This document shows, piece after piece, positions 35,574-48,727 of a DNA stretch of 56,290 nt. This stretch comes from Raja brachyura (taxonomy: Eukaryota), in assembly GCA_963514005.1 (NCBI GenBank), contig CAUPSL010000726.1, positions 1 to 56,290 on the forward strand, given 5' to 3'. Each line of letters begins with the position of its first letter. Positions within the stretch are counted from its first letter, which is position 1. The notes beneath the pieces were generated by a model, which searched no databases, was not told where the DNA came from, and saw only the letters and a list, made by a program, of their open reading frames with translations. The translations under genes were made by a program, and so were the position numbers.

Positions 35574-37972
35574 CATTACACACAGACCTATCACCCCCCT
35601 GAGCCCATGCCGACCACTGATCAACCGTTCACCTTAATTCCACGTTATCCCACGTTCACATCCACAATCACAAACCATGGACAAGTTCACACAGTCCAAA
35701 AAAAAAACCAGCACGTCTCCGAGGTGTGGGAAGAAACATGAGAACTAACACATGCGGATCCAGGGGTAACGTGAAAACTCCGTCCAGGCAGCGCACGAGA
35801 TCAAGATTGAACCCGGCTCTCTGCCGCTGTGAGGTAGCAGATTTACCATCCTCACCACTCCGCCGCTCTTGTGCAACATGTGTCTGTCTCACATCACAAT
35901 TCTCAATTTGTGCCTCAGTGGCGAGAAGAAAACTGATTCACTCACCGTCTACGCGCGCTGAATGCCTTCGTCATTAACTGGTTGGTGCCTTCGTCATTAA
36001 TGGTGCCTGTCCCCGCTGATTTACTGCAGCAGTTTGCGTCTATCCTAGATAGATAGTCAGGTAGGTGGGTAGCCAGATAGATAGATAATTCGATAGTTAA
36101 CATGATAGCTGGCAGCTGGGTAGCTAGATAGAAGGATACCAAGATAGTTACATAGAGAGATAGCCATATAGTTGGTCGCGAGATAGATACAAATATATCA
36201 AGTTATCTTGATGAATGGAATGCTCGATAGCCAGCTAGCAGGACCTGGTTATCCAGCTGTCCAGACAGCGAACTAGTTAACTTCATGGTAAAATTGGTAA
36301 TTCGCTTTATAGTTAGATTGCTCACCAGCTAGGTAGATAGCTGGAGAGCTAGATATCTAGATAGATATCTGGCTAGCTATAGCTGGATAGCTCGAAGTTT
36401 ATGTAGTCAGATTGCTAGATATCCGGAGATGATGCCCAGGTAGCTAGAGAGCCAGGTATCCAGACATCCATAATATGAAGCTAGCTGGCTCGTTAGGTAG
36501 ATAGCCAGATGTATAGTCCGATAGGTAGATTGCCCGCTGGCCAAGTAGGTATACAGGCAGACGATACCCGGACGTGGCATCGAAGGACGAGACGCCGAAC
36601 CGAAGAAGTGGAAACCAAATAAGCGAACGGAAACGAAAACTGAAAGCTAACGAAGCAGAAAAGCCAAATAACCGCAAACGTACAAGCCGAAAGCCAACTC
36701 ACCGAAAGGGTCGGACGGCGAAAAGCCAATGAGCCGAAAGGGCGCGACGCCCAAAAGCCAACGCACCTGAAGGCCGCAATACAGAAAAGCCAAATAACGG
36801 AATGACGTCGTCGGGAGGGCGGGACTGGTCAGCAATTGATCCAGACCCACGCGTCCATCACATCACTGGCCGGGGGAGACGTGAGGGTGGTCCCACACAA
36901 GACATAGGTGACCGGGCACTCTGAACCCGAGCACTAAGCTGTGAGCGGCCGAATGAGCGCATCCCGCGGGACAGCCCCCTCTCTCCCACGGACACGACCG
37001 CCCTCCGCCTCGTCTCCCCCATGCGGCCGCGCTGTGACGGGCTGTGGGATGGTGGCAGACGCACACAGGTATGAGGTTGGCAGCATAGACACACAGGTGG
37101 CCGGGTGGAGCAGCTTTGGGGACAGTCTGGTCACTGACCGCGATGCACCGCCACCGGACTCCCGACCCACACATGGGGTGATTCACCCCCCGATAGGGGA
37201 ATAAAAACGTTCCCAAATAAAGACCGTGACGGCCCTGGAACAAAGGGCTTAGATGAGGTGGAATTTGTCAAATGTGTGCGAAGGAATAAGCGACTGGCGA
37301 CCCCCCCCCCCCCCCCCCCCCCCCCCCCGGCCGCGGGGACAGACGGCAATGGTCTCAACCCGAAACGTCGCCTATTCCTTCGCTCCATAGATGCTGCCTC
37401 ACCCGCTGGGTTTCTCGAGCATTTTCTGTCTACTTTCGATGTTTCCAGCATCTGCGGTTCCTTCCTGGACATTTAGTGTCGTCTTATTTGGTGTCGGCTG
37501 CAATCTTACTAATCGGCCTTCGTTTAAGGATACTTTCCTGCACACATTTGACAAATTCCACCTCATCTGAGCCCTTTGCCCCAGGGCCGTCACGGTCTTT
37601 ATTTGGGAACGTTTTTATCCCCCTACTCTGCCAATACTATTAGTCTCAAAGCTGCCTCCAGTCTCCGGATATATATTTGTCCTTCTAATGCTCGTGGTCT
37701 TCTTGTAGCCCAATATTACACCGACAACAAGCCATACATTACGCTTTTTTCGTAGCTCCGATTATAGTGGCTGACTGGACGAACCGTCAGTAATGGCATC
37801 TCCAACATCAGCCGGGAAGTTCTCCGTCATCGGATAGACAATTCCCACCCCGCACCTGTACCCTTGTCCAGGGGGCTCCACATGTTTCAGCATGAGGGCC
37901 ACATTATATATTTCGCATATTTTGGCGGGCAATGGGAAAAAGTAAAAACGTGTCCATTTTATAAATTTAATA

Positions 37973-38180
37973 NNNNNNNNNNNNNNNNNNNNNNNNNNNN
38001 NNNNNNNNNNNNNNNNNNNNNNNNNNNNNNNNNNNNNNNNNNNNNNNNNNNNNNNNNNNNNNNNNNNNNNNNNNNNNNNNNNNNNNNNNNNNNNNNNNNN
38101 NNNNNNNNNNNNNNNNNNNNNNNNNNNNNNNNNNNNNNNNNNNNNNNNNNNNNNNNNNNNNNNNNNNNNNNNNNNNNNNN
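37973..38180. other. Assembly gap (208 N)
   Basis: N run. Confidence 0.99.
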
Positions 38181-38730
38181 GAGAGCGAGAGAGAAGGAAG
38201 AGAGAGGGGAGAGAGGGGAGAGAGGGGGCACAGAGAGAAGGCAGAGCGAGAGATAGGGCAGAGAGAGAGGGGACTGGGAGATAGGGAAGAGAGAGAGCAG
38301 CGATTGAGAGGGCAGAGAGAGAGAAGCCGAGAGGGCAGAGAGAGAGGGCAAAGAGAGAGGGCAGAGAGAGAGGGCAGAGAGGGAGGGAAGCGAGATATGG
38401 GCAGAGAGAGAAAGCAAAGGTCGAGAGAGGCAGAGAGAGGGCAGAGAGAGAGGGCAGTAAGAGGTAGAGCATATGTAGAGAGGCTAGATAGAGAGAGTCC
38501 AGATAGTGAGAGGCAGAGAGGGCAGAGGCAGAGTGGCAGAAAGGCAGGGAGAGAGAGATCAGAGAGAAAGAGGGGGCAGAGACAGAGAGAGGGCAGTGAC
38601 AACGAGAGGGCAAAGAGGGAGGGGGCAGAGAGAGAGAGGGCAGGGAAAGACAGGGTAGAGAGAGAGAGGGTAGAGAGAGAAGGGGGGACAGATAGACAGA
38701 GAGAGAGAGAGAGGGCAGAGAGAAGGGGCG
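38181..38730. repeat. Polypurine (GGGCAGAGAGA)n-like satellite
   Basis: Seen directly. Confidence 0.92.
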
Positions 38731-40124
38731 GAGAAGTACGATCGCACACTGTAACGCGCCACCGACCCATTCTGACCGCCGCAGCCGAACAACCCCCCCC
38801 CCCCCCGCACCCGGATTGCAACCAACTTGTACTTCACAGCGGCCCTTGTGATGTCTCGGCTCTGACACTTCGAGGGATCTAGCCGGTAACAACTCTAAGA
38901 ACAGCTCCAGGCCGCCGCGCTCCCCAACTCGAATCCACGCCGAACTGACACGCGCTCCGTCCTGCGCTGTGCTTGGTTCGGGCCGGAGTAAATCTCGTGG
39001 CGGGCCAGATGTGGCCCGCGGGCCATAGTTTGGAGACCCCTTGCCTTTGACCATCAACATACCAGTCTTGTGCCTTCCGCAGCCAGATTAACATTACGGT
39101 CAACACAACACTCAACGAACCAACCCACGCTCTGAGTTCATCCGCCTCACCCGCCAGGCTTCTTGCATTAAAGTAAAAGCAACTTAATCCTGCCTCGTTC
39201 GTTACCGAGCGTCGGCACATCCTCTCGACTGAACTTGCATTAATCTCCTTCCATAACATCTTCCACCTTCTCACCTGCCCTAATCCTGCGTTGGATCCCG
39301 CCCCCCTTACAATCTAATCTATACTCACCAGAGTAGCACTGGCAGACCTGCCCGCCGGGATATTGGTTCATCGCCAGTTCGGCTCCATACCACCCCTGTT
39401 GTACAGGTCACATCTGCCCCGGGAAACATCCAAATGTTGACCAATCTGAAATTCCGGCCCAAATCCCCGGCCACAAAAACACATTCCCATCTCCGGGTCT
39501 TATACTCACAAGCACATGCCACGAGGAGCAATCTCAAGATGACTTCTTGTCCCCATTAATTTTCGGCCCCTCTTTCTTCTCCCACCGACCACCTTGCATC
39601 TCCACCCTACTGTGCGGCTGAGCATCCTACTCCACCTCTCCTCTACCTGTGTGACACCTGTTATCTCCTTTTCATCCCTAGGCTTCCCACTCACTCCACC
39701 AACCTGCCAAACAGATCGCCGTCCCCTGCATCAACCTAACACTTACTAGGATTTATCCCGACCCAGTTTCCCTATTCCACCCCCCCACCCCCCCCCCCCA
39801 CCCACACACACACGTACCGGCCTGTAGAACGGTCCCAACCCGAAATGTCGTCTGTCCTTTCCCTCCCCAGATGCTGCCTGAGCCGCTGAGTTCCTCCAGC
39901 ACTTTGCCTTTTACTCAGGATTCCAGCGTCTGCAGTTCCCTGTGCATTTGACTGCACATCCACAGATTAGCCGGTACTTTGTGATTTCCGGAGAGGGGTG
40001 CAGCACGGCAACGGGTCCCTCGGCTGCGAGTGTTTACCTTTGAAAACCAACATCTGCAGCGCCTTCCTACTCAACATTTACCAACAGATGAGCAATCTTG
40101 AACCACAGAGCACAGGTTCATATG

Positions 40125-40875
40125 TGATTGGAGCAGGATTGGTCATTCGAATCAAGTCTACCCCGCCATACAATTGTGGCTGATCTATCTACCCCTCCTA
40201 AACCCATTCCCCATAACCCCTGACACCGGTATTAATAAATAACCTGCCTTAAACATATCCCTTAACATGGCCTCCGCATCCTTCTGTGGCAAAGAACCAC
40301 AGATTTACTGCCCTCGGTCGAAATAAATTGCTCCTAATGACCTTCCTAAAATAACCTCCCTTAATTCTGAGGCTATAACTTCTGGTCCTAGACTCTCCCA
40401 CTGGTGGAAACATTCTCTCCACATGCACTCTATCCAAGCCTTTCACCATTATGTACGTTTCAATGAGGTTCCCCCTTCATTCTCCTAAAGTCCAGTGACT
40501 ACAGGGCCAGCGCTGGCAAACGCTCACCATGGGTTAACCCACACATTTCTGGGGTTATTCTTGTACACAAGAATATGGGTTTGAAGACGAGACTGGAATG
40601 GTTGAATAGGAACCTGAGGGGCAACCTTTTAACTCGGGGAACGGTTGGTTTATGGAACGTGTTGCCAGGGGATGAGGTTGGGACAGGTACAGTAACTAAT
40701 TTCAAATAAATTGGACAGGTGTAAGAATGATAAATGGTTAGACGGAATGTTTAGAGTGATGTGGCCAAGCACAGAAAATTGGACTAGCTTAGATGGGGTC
40801 TAGTAGACAGCATGGATGCGTTGGGCCAAAGGGCCTATATCCCAGTGACATGATTCTATAACTCCATATCTATAA
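40125..40875. mobile_element. Two CR1 3' fragments (minus ~40125-40545, plus ~40570-40875)
   Basis: KGLDRVHVERMFP...ESRTR motif and CR1 3' UTR/tail. Confidence 0.7.
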
Positions 40876-40917
40876 CACTCAGCAGATCAGGTAGGTACTA
40901 TAACAACATTTAAGAAG

Positions 40918-41180
40918 AGGGCGGCACGTGGTAAAGCGGCAAAGAGCCAGGTTCAATCCTGACTGTGGGTGCTGTCTGTGTGGAGTTTGTACGTTCTCCC
41001 TGTGACCACGTGGGTTTTCTCCGGGTGCTCTAGTTTCCTCCAACACTCCCAAGGCGTACAGGTTTGTGGATGAATTGGCTTTGATCAAATTGTAAATTGT
41101 CACTAGTGTCTGTAGGGTAGTGCCTGTGTACGGGGTGGCCACAGGTTGGTGGACCAAAGGGCCTGTTGCCACGCTCTATC
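40918..41180 (+). mobile_element. V-SINE (HE1-like)
   Basis: Paralog of 18914-19175. Confidence 0.75.
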
Positions 41181-41902
41181 ACTAAAGTCGAAAGTCTAAA
41201 AAACATTTGGACAGTTACATGGATAGCCAGGTTTAGAGGATATTGGCCAAAAATGGGCAAATCCCCAATGGATGGCGCCAGCATTGGCTGCATCGCCAAC
41301 AGTCTGACGGCCGCTTCTTTCTTTGTTATTTTAATAATATGGGTTAATGTATGCTTTAATCTTCTTTATCTTATTTATGTGGGAGGAGGGCGGGGGGGGG
41401 GGGGGGGGGGGGGGGTTCTGGCCAAAACGTCTTTTTAATCTCTTACCTCGACGGATGTTTATATTAACTTTCAAGTAGTTGTGCGTCTTGTGCTTTTTTT
41501 TAGGATGGCTGTATGGAAATACGGATATCACTGCAACTTAATTGTTACACGGACAATAAAAAACCTTTGAACCCTTTGAAATGGGACTAGCAGTGTTGGG
41601 CATATTGGTCAGCATGGGCGAGTTGGGCCGAAGGGTCTGCTTCCACACTCTATGACTGTATGACTCTAAGATCTCTGTTGGCGTCCGTGCATCCTTCCCT
41701 GGTGAGGTTCCCTGTTGAAAACTTAAAGCTTGGATACAAATCAGGCTGAGCAGGTGTTGGCAGATGTACAAAACAATCTCAGGACAATCTCAAGAGGTAT
41801 TTCAGAAATAGCAGATAAACAGAATTTCACAACTAGTTTCAAGTAGCCGAGTTAATGTGCAACTGGGAGAAATGTAATTGACAACATCAGGATTTCGTGA
41901 GG

Positions 41903-41910
41903 TATAAATA
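41903..41910 (+). promoter_or_regulatory. Putative TATA box, GPCR copy 3
   Basis: TATAAATA about 100 bp upstream of ATG 42001. Confidence 0.6.
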
Positions 41911-42000
41911 AACGCGAGCGGGGACCTTGAGCTACTGGCAGTGACGATCTACCTGGGACCATTGTACAGGCGGCATCTTTATGTCCCACCTACATCAGCG

Positions 42001-42088
42001 ATGGGGCTGAGTGTCTATCAGCGGGTACTTATATTGTTCCAAGTCCAGAGTAACTTTCGTTACATCATTACAGTCATCGGACTGCTCA
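42001..42088 (+). CDS. GPR139/GPR142-like GPCR copy 3, coding exon 1
   Basis: MGLSVYQRVLILFQVQSNFRYIITVIGLL, then A|GTAAGT donor. Confidence 0.88.
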
Positions 42089-43366
42089 GTAAGTCGTTTT
42101 AACTGCTTGCCATTGTGTTGAGGGGGTGAATTTTGCAACTGTTCCTTCGGTTCACGAGAGTGAAGCTTTGACCGGGGTTTGTCCATCTAAAGTATCCGCC
42201 ACGCAAACACAACTCCACACCAGGTCTCTAATTTTACTTCAAGAAAATGCATATTTTGTACTGTGTTAGTAGATGCCAGTTAGAGTAAGTCGGCGGTTAA
42301 TGCCTACGGGGAACTGAAGAGGCTCGCCGATAGGAGAGGGAGACTAAACACTCGTAGTGGCGCAGAAATGGTCGCAGTGCGCGGTCCCTGTGCCGCTCTG
42401 ATGAAAAAATGATGCCACTGTCAACACAAATCCTCACCTTTAATGCCACTGAAAAGCCAGAATTAGAATCCTTTGTTTGCCGATCACCCGGACATTTGTT
42501 AGGACGGTTTCTGAAATGTGTAGTAATTCCGGATGGGGAAGTCGGCACAAAGGTGGCGTTCAGTACCGGGGCTCTACTGGACACGGCTACTCCATCTCAC
42601 CCCACACCACGCAAGCCCACCTTCAATGGACGGCCACTGGTTGCACTCAGAACCTCGGGGTTTATGCGTTCGTTCTGTGGTCATTAATGGATCGACGCAT
42701 TTGTTTACACATTATCAGTGTGTATTGAGTTGAAGCCAGTTTGCAAGTAAAAATGTCATCATTCCGTATTCGATACACATATGGCAATAGAACACTTTTC
42801 ACAACTCCACATTCACAATACATTTCTTTGTAAGTGTATTTTACCACATTCACAATACATTTCTTTGTAAGTGTATACACTTTGTAAGTGTATCCCGGTT
42901 TTATGCCATGTTGATAATTGTGGCCCTACGAGTTTAATGATGGGGTGGGGTAATTGGAACATAGTATATGAGTGCTTTCTCATTTGATAGAGTGAATTAA
43001 TCAACAGCTTCCTTTGTGTAGGAGATGGTGGTAGCATGGCTTGTGAGAGCGGATGTGAGGGGATTTATTCTGGGACGTCAGAACCAATTCCCGAGGTGTT
43101 GTGGACCTAACTCAACGAAACACCAGTGAAGGGAGGTGCCCACTTGATTAATCCATTGATATACTTGCATCTGCACGATCAGTTATTTTTAAGCGCCTGT
43201 TAACATATAGATAGCTGATTATTGCATATTGCCCATACCAGCATCTGGTGGCTGCCATACCGCAGGACAGCAGTAGGGGTCGCGCCTGCACCATGATCAC
43301 CAACATTGAGAACACCTTGTACCTGATGAGCAGATTCAAAGGCTGCTTGTAATCATTTCCTCACAG

Positions 43367-44250
43367 GTAATTTAGTGGCGATCGTCGTTCTCGGACGGGG
43401 AAAGTGCGGGCTGTCTCGATGCATCACCCACTATATGGTGGCGATGGCGGCAGCAGATCTACTGGCCGTCTTCTGCAACGCGGCGATATTATGCCTTTAC
43501 GCTGCGATTTTTCGGTGCATTCCCACTATTGCATGTACCCTACAACATGTGATGGCCTATGTGTCCCTGGACTGCTCAGTCTGGTTAACTGTCGCTTTTA
43601 CATTTGATCGCTTTGTGGCCATATGTTGCCAGGACTTTAAGAACAGGTACTGCACGGTTAGAATCGCCAGGGTAACCATAGCAACAGTGTATGTGGTGAG
43701 TTTAATACGGAATATCCCCTACTACTTTGCATTTGAACCTTATTATGGAAACGTTGAATGCATGGAAAAGCCGGAATATTATTCCCACCCTGGGTGGATT
43801 GCTTTCTCGTGGATTCACAACATTTTAACCCCTCTGCTTCCGTTTTTCGTTATTGTGTTGCTCAATATCCTGACGGTCAGATCGATCGTGGTGGCAAGCC
43901 GAGCCCGCAGGAAACTCCGAGCTCCCGTCAGTGGCGAGAAACAGGAGGACCCGGAGATCGAGAGTCGAAGGAAATCGATCATTTTACTCTTCTGTGTGTC
44001 CGGCAGTTTCATCGTCCTGTGGCTGACGGAGGTGATGCTCAGCATCTATTCCGATATTGCCAACAAACACTATGTCCCACACTTCGCTCATCCTAGGGCA
44101 ATGGCTAAACGTGCCGGAGACATGCTTAAAATTCTGAGTTCGTGCACGAACACGTTTATTTATGTGGTGACTCAGTCTAAGGTCAGAGACGAACTGAAGA
44201 ATGCAATCAAGTGTCCCTTCACAATGTGTCTTAAGCTTGTTAGAAGATAA
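43367..44250 (+). CDS. GPR139/GPR142-like GPCR copy 3, coding exon 2; 323 aa in total, intact
   Basis: Acceptor tttcctcacAG|GT AAT TTA GTG; ORF 43375-44250 with the same 7TM motifs as copy 1. Confidence 0.93.
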
Positions 44251-44619
44251 AATAGATTTAAGAATTGTGGATTTGTTAATGAAGGGGGTAACGGGGTAAC
44301 CATAGCAGCAGCGCCTATTAATAGTTGAAATAAAGACACACTGGTGTGTCTGGGAATGTTGCAATAAAGTAATCATGGTGAAATGTTTGTAACAAATGTC
44401 TCGGGACTGACACAATGCGAGCTGATTGCCCGAGCAGGGAGTAAAGGGAATGAATGAGACCAGCTCGGAATATTTCTGGACCGGGCTCCCTGTTTGTGTC
44501 AGAGTAAATGACCGGTGCCCCCTGCTGACCGGTTGTGTCATGATCCTAAAATCGGCTTCAGGATTTCAATAAAACTAATGATGGATTTGTGTGTTGTTGG
44601 GTTGTATGCAAATCAGAAT

Positions 44620-46460
44620 AAATAAGGTTCAAATAGAGCAATAGCTCTCTTAAATACTGATCAAAAAATATTAACTAAAATCCTATCTCACAGATTGAGT
44701 TTCGTGACGAACAAATTAATACACCACGACCAAACAGGTTTTATTCCAAAACGTTACTCATTTTATAATTTGAGACGACTATTCAATACTATATACTCAA
44801 ATAGAATTGCTGATGGTCATATTTAATCTCGGTGATGGAAACATTTCAATTGGGGTAGCAGTACTGCGCATGGGTTAAACTTTTATAGCGTAACCCAACA
44901 GCCAGAACATTATCAAATCAAATGTTAACAACTAAATTTAATCTATCTAGAGGTTGTAGACAAGGATGCTCGTTATCCCCATTATTATTCGCCCTTGCAA
45001 TTGAACCATTAGCAGAAAACTTTAGAGCCCTCCCAGAAATATGCGGGTATAATACCAAAGACACAATGAATAAAATATCTTTACATGCAGATGATGTATT
45101 AATATATATTACAAAGCCAGAAACTAGCATTCTAAACCTACTAAATCTAATAACTCAATTTGGTCTGTTTTGGGGATGTAGAATTAATTGGAAAAAAAAG
45201 CGATATCATGCCAATAACGGAATTCAATTCACACACACTACAACAATCCCCTTTTAAAATAGTTCAGGATAAACTAAAATACTTAGGAATCTATGTAACT
45301 AAGACATACTTTATTTAAATTAAACTTCCCACCTTTACTGAATGCACTACATAAAAATATTCAGTATTGGAAAATACTCCCTATCTCAATGTTTGGTCGA
45401 ACTAATGCTATAAAAATGATTTTTTTTTTAACCTCAATTATTATACCTATTTCAATCAATTCCGACATATCTTCCAAATGATTTCTTTTTTAAAGTCGAT
45501 TCCATTGTTACAAGCTTTATTTGGGATTATAAGAACCATAGAAAAAGCAAAAAAACATCTATGTAAATCAAAGACAAATGGAGGTCTAGCCTTACCAAAT
45601 GTTACTTTTATTTTTGGGCTGTCCATATTAAAAACATGAATCTCTGGCTGGAAGAAATGGATTTAAAGTATTTAAAGTATTAATAAAGTATTTATAAAAG
45701 AAACAATTTAAAGTATTACACAGACTACATTGCTCTCAAACAAAACAAAATAGAATCTTCCCACATATCTCTCCTATATGTGACAAATGTCAGCATCCAG
45801 AAGCTAACTTAATATATACTTTTGTAAAGTGTATAAAAATCAAAATTTCTGGACTGATATTTTTAGAATAATTTCTGAAGTTATCAATACTCCAGTGGAT
45901 CCTGATCCAAAACTAGTAATACTAGGAATATCAGAACAAAGCCTAACACTCACAACAAGCCAAAGAAACTTTCTCGACTATAGTATAATAACTGGGAAAA
46001 AACTAATATTAACATTTTGGAAAGGCCCTATAACCCCCTTAATTAAAATGTGGATCGTGGAAATGTCGGAGACTTTACACTAGGAAAGAATTAGACTTGT
46101 CTTAATGGACAAACATGAACTGTTTTTCAGAATATGGTTTCCATTCATTGACTATCTGAAGGGGTAGATTGGGTCAGCACGAGAACCTAACTGAAGCTCG
46201 AACTTAGGAGTAGATAAAAGTTAAATTTTATAACTCACGAACCTATCTCCAATGATGTATTATTAATAAATGTTTCCATTCTTGCTTTATTACAGCATTT
46301 GCCATTTTTTCTTCTTTTCTCTCTTTCTCACTCTTTATCTACAAATAAATAGAAGCAGAATCAGTTCATAATTGATAATATTTATAATGTACGACTGATA
46401 TATATGAAATGTTTTTATTATGATATGTGCTTGCTTCTAATAAAAATATTACTTAAAAAA
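44620..46460 (+). mobile_element. Degenerate L1-clade LINE (RT and C-terminus), unit 3 only
   Basis: HHDQTGFIPKR, RGCRQGCSLSPLLFALAIEPLA and ISLHADDVL motifs; poly-A-like tail; empty site at ~4430 in unit 1. Confidence 0.88.
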
Positions 46461-48582
46461 AATAATAATTTGAACTATTTACAAGTAAATGTATTTTTAC
46501 CGCATTTTGCATGTGATGTGTTCATGTCCACCTCTGCTGCAAAGTGCTCTGTCCGACAAAGCCTGCTGGGTCTCCGCTTGCCAACCATTTAAACTCCCCT
46601 TCACTGGGTGGGAGATTGCAACCTTCACGTGGTCCACCCTGCGTCGGCGAATGCAATCAACCCGACGTGCACAAACAAAAGATCAAATAGAACAAGTTGA
46701 CCTTCAACTTTATGCTGTGCACGCCACACGCAAAAAGTAGTAGACTCCCCTTCACATTCCCATCCCGACCTGTGTGTCGTCAGTCTCACTGTTTGCCATC
46801 GTGAACCCGCGCGTAACTGCAGGAAAAACACCTAATACTTCCATTTGTGTAGCTTGTAACCCAACGGCATTAACTTTAAGTTCACGTCATGCTGCCATAC
46901 AGCAGGGGAACGGCCCCTTTGGTCTAACTTGCCCATGGACACTCGCCTCATCTGCCCGCTTTTGCCGTATATCCCGACCGACCTCGGAGCTCCAACCGCG
47001 GGAGCCTGTGAATATCTCGGAGCTCGCGGTCTCTGGATAGAGACCGACTTGAAGAACTCCAAGCCGCGGGGACTTCGATCGCCCCGACGCGGGGCCTTTG
47101 GTTGCGGGGCTGCAGAGGAGCTTCGATCGCCCCGACGGATGGTTCGACGGCCTCGACCGTGCGAGAATAAAGAGGGAAGAAAATTGCACTTTATTGCCTT
47201 CCATCACAGTGAGGAGCGTGGGGAATCCGCTGTGGTGGATGTTTATGTTAACTTTAATGTAGTTGGTGGCTTGTTGCTTTTTTTCGTATGGCAGTATTGT
47301 AATTCGCATATCACTGTACCTTAATTGGAACACGTGACAATAAAATGCCTTTGAAACCTTTGAAATGAGACCAGTTGTGATGGGCATATTGGTGAGCATG
47401 GGCTAGTTGGGCCGAAGGGTCTGCTTCCACGCTATATAACTCTATGACTAAGATGTTTGTTGGCGTCATTGCATCCTTCCCTGGTGATGTCATCAAAGCC
47501 ATGGTCCTCGATGTGAGGTCTCAATAGTACACGACCCCCATGCCCGTGTGTGCTCCACGCTGCGTTTGACAAAGTAGCCAAACCTTCAGGAGATTTCGCA
47601 GTGGAGCAGACAAATTGTGTAGGAAGGCAATGCACATGTTGGTATAGAAACACAAAATGCTGGAGTAACTCAGCGGGTCGGGCAGCATCTCCGGAGAACC
47701 TGGGCGATTGTTTTGCTGAACACCCGTGCTCAGACCCTCCTTGGCCAACGCGATCTCCCAGTTGCCAAACACTTTAACGCTCTTACACATTCCCACACTG
47801 ACCTTTAAGTCCTGGGCCTCCTCCATTGTCAGTGTGAGGCCACACCAGGCCGGTACGAAGCTTTTCAAAAAGAGGGGTGGCATGATAGGATTACCACAAA
47901 TATGTGTGAAATAATGCATACGCAGCGCACATCACAAACGTGAAGCTCTAAGTCCCTCGCGACCGGGGTCCAGGGCCCGCTTGAGGGGGGTTCAGATGCT
48001 CTCTGGTGCATTCAGAGCCTTATTTTGGAGCACTTTTGCACCAAATTTATGACGAATATTACAGAAATAATTTGGTTGAGTCAAGAGTAATGAGTGGGTG
48101 GGATGGGATGATTGGGGTCATTGTTGTATACATTTTTTAAAAAATCAAGAATTGAAGTTGTCCTTATTTTAATAATCAAGTTGTACTGTTGTAAAATGTT
48201 ATGTAAAATGTTATAAAGGGGCATGCAAAATCTTCAAAAAAAGACTATACGTTTTTGCAGTACAGAAAACATTTTTTTAGAGAATGTTGTGTGTGTTGAT
48301 TTGATTGCCTGTTACTGTTCGACTGTGTTAGTGTGTACAGTGCACATTTGATGGTCCTCCTGATCTAACAACTTCACATCTCATCAATTTCAACATGGAA
48401 TAGTGATGTGAATAAAACATTTAGTCCGACTCAATTTCCATCATGAAAATTCAAGTCAAATTAAATGGTGCATTTACATTACGATGATCGCTTTCAAACG
48501 AACCTATTTTTATTGTCATACTATTATAACAAATTCTAGTTCCATGATGACACATAAACAAGATCACAAATCACATGTTTAA

Positions 48583-48727
48583 TTTGGGGGCTATGCGTGT
48601 GTGGATATGGCGGGGGATGGGGTAAAATGAGTGAGGGGTTGGTTAATGCATGTGACGTCGCAGGGCACACCCTCCCCCACAACCGCCAGTTGAGGGAATG
48701 GGACCCAACGGGTCCCACTTGGTCTAG
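48583..48727 (+). mobile_element. Helitron A 3' end, followed head-to-tail by Helitron-like family B (48728 onward)
   Basis: Perfect hairpin GGGACCC-AAC-GGGTCCC (48700-48716), then CTAG|T. Confidence 0.8.

Larger units (their letters stand above)
37869..39043. mobile_element. hAT-Charlie-like non-autonomous element containing a GA-rich satellite and an assembly gap
   Basis: Ends CAGGGGGCTCCACATGTTT and GGCCCGCGGGCCATAGTTTGGAGACCCCTTG; imperfect 8-bp TSD CCCTTGTC/CCTTTGAC. Confidence 0.7.
37475..39480 (-). mobile_element. Degenerate CR1 ORF1/ORF2 endonuclease region split by a hAT insertion
   Basis: Minus-strand LSCFYFNARSLAGEADELRAW...WLRKAQDW continues as GYRC... on the other side of the hAT. 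Confidence 0.75.

Noticed and set aside
8728-39060. Long low-complexity ORFs (HT, SL, LP and RE repeats; e.g. 37762-39060, 9400-9879, 25515-26072)
   Set aside because: Translations of microsatellites, minisatellites or N gaps
1125-44250. Calling these genes the GPR139 ortholog
   Set aside because: Only motif-level similarity; the multi-copy, divergent state points to a lineage-specific sister family, so no symbol is assigned
2191-44250. Gene conversion mosaicism between copies
   Set aside because: With three sequences and no outgroup, alternating shared residues are expected from independent mutations alone
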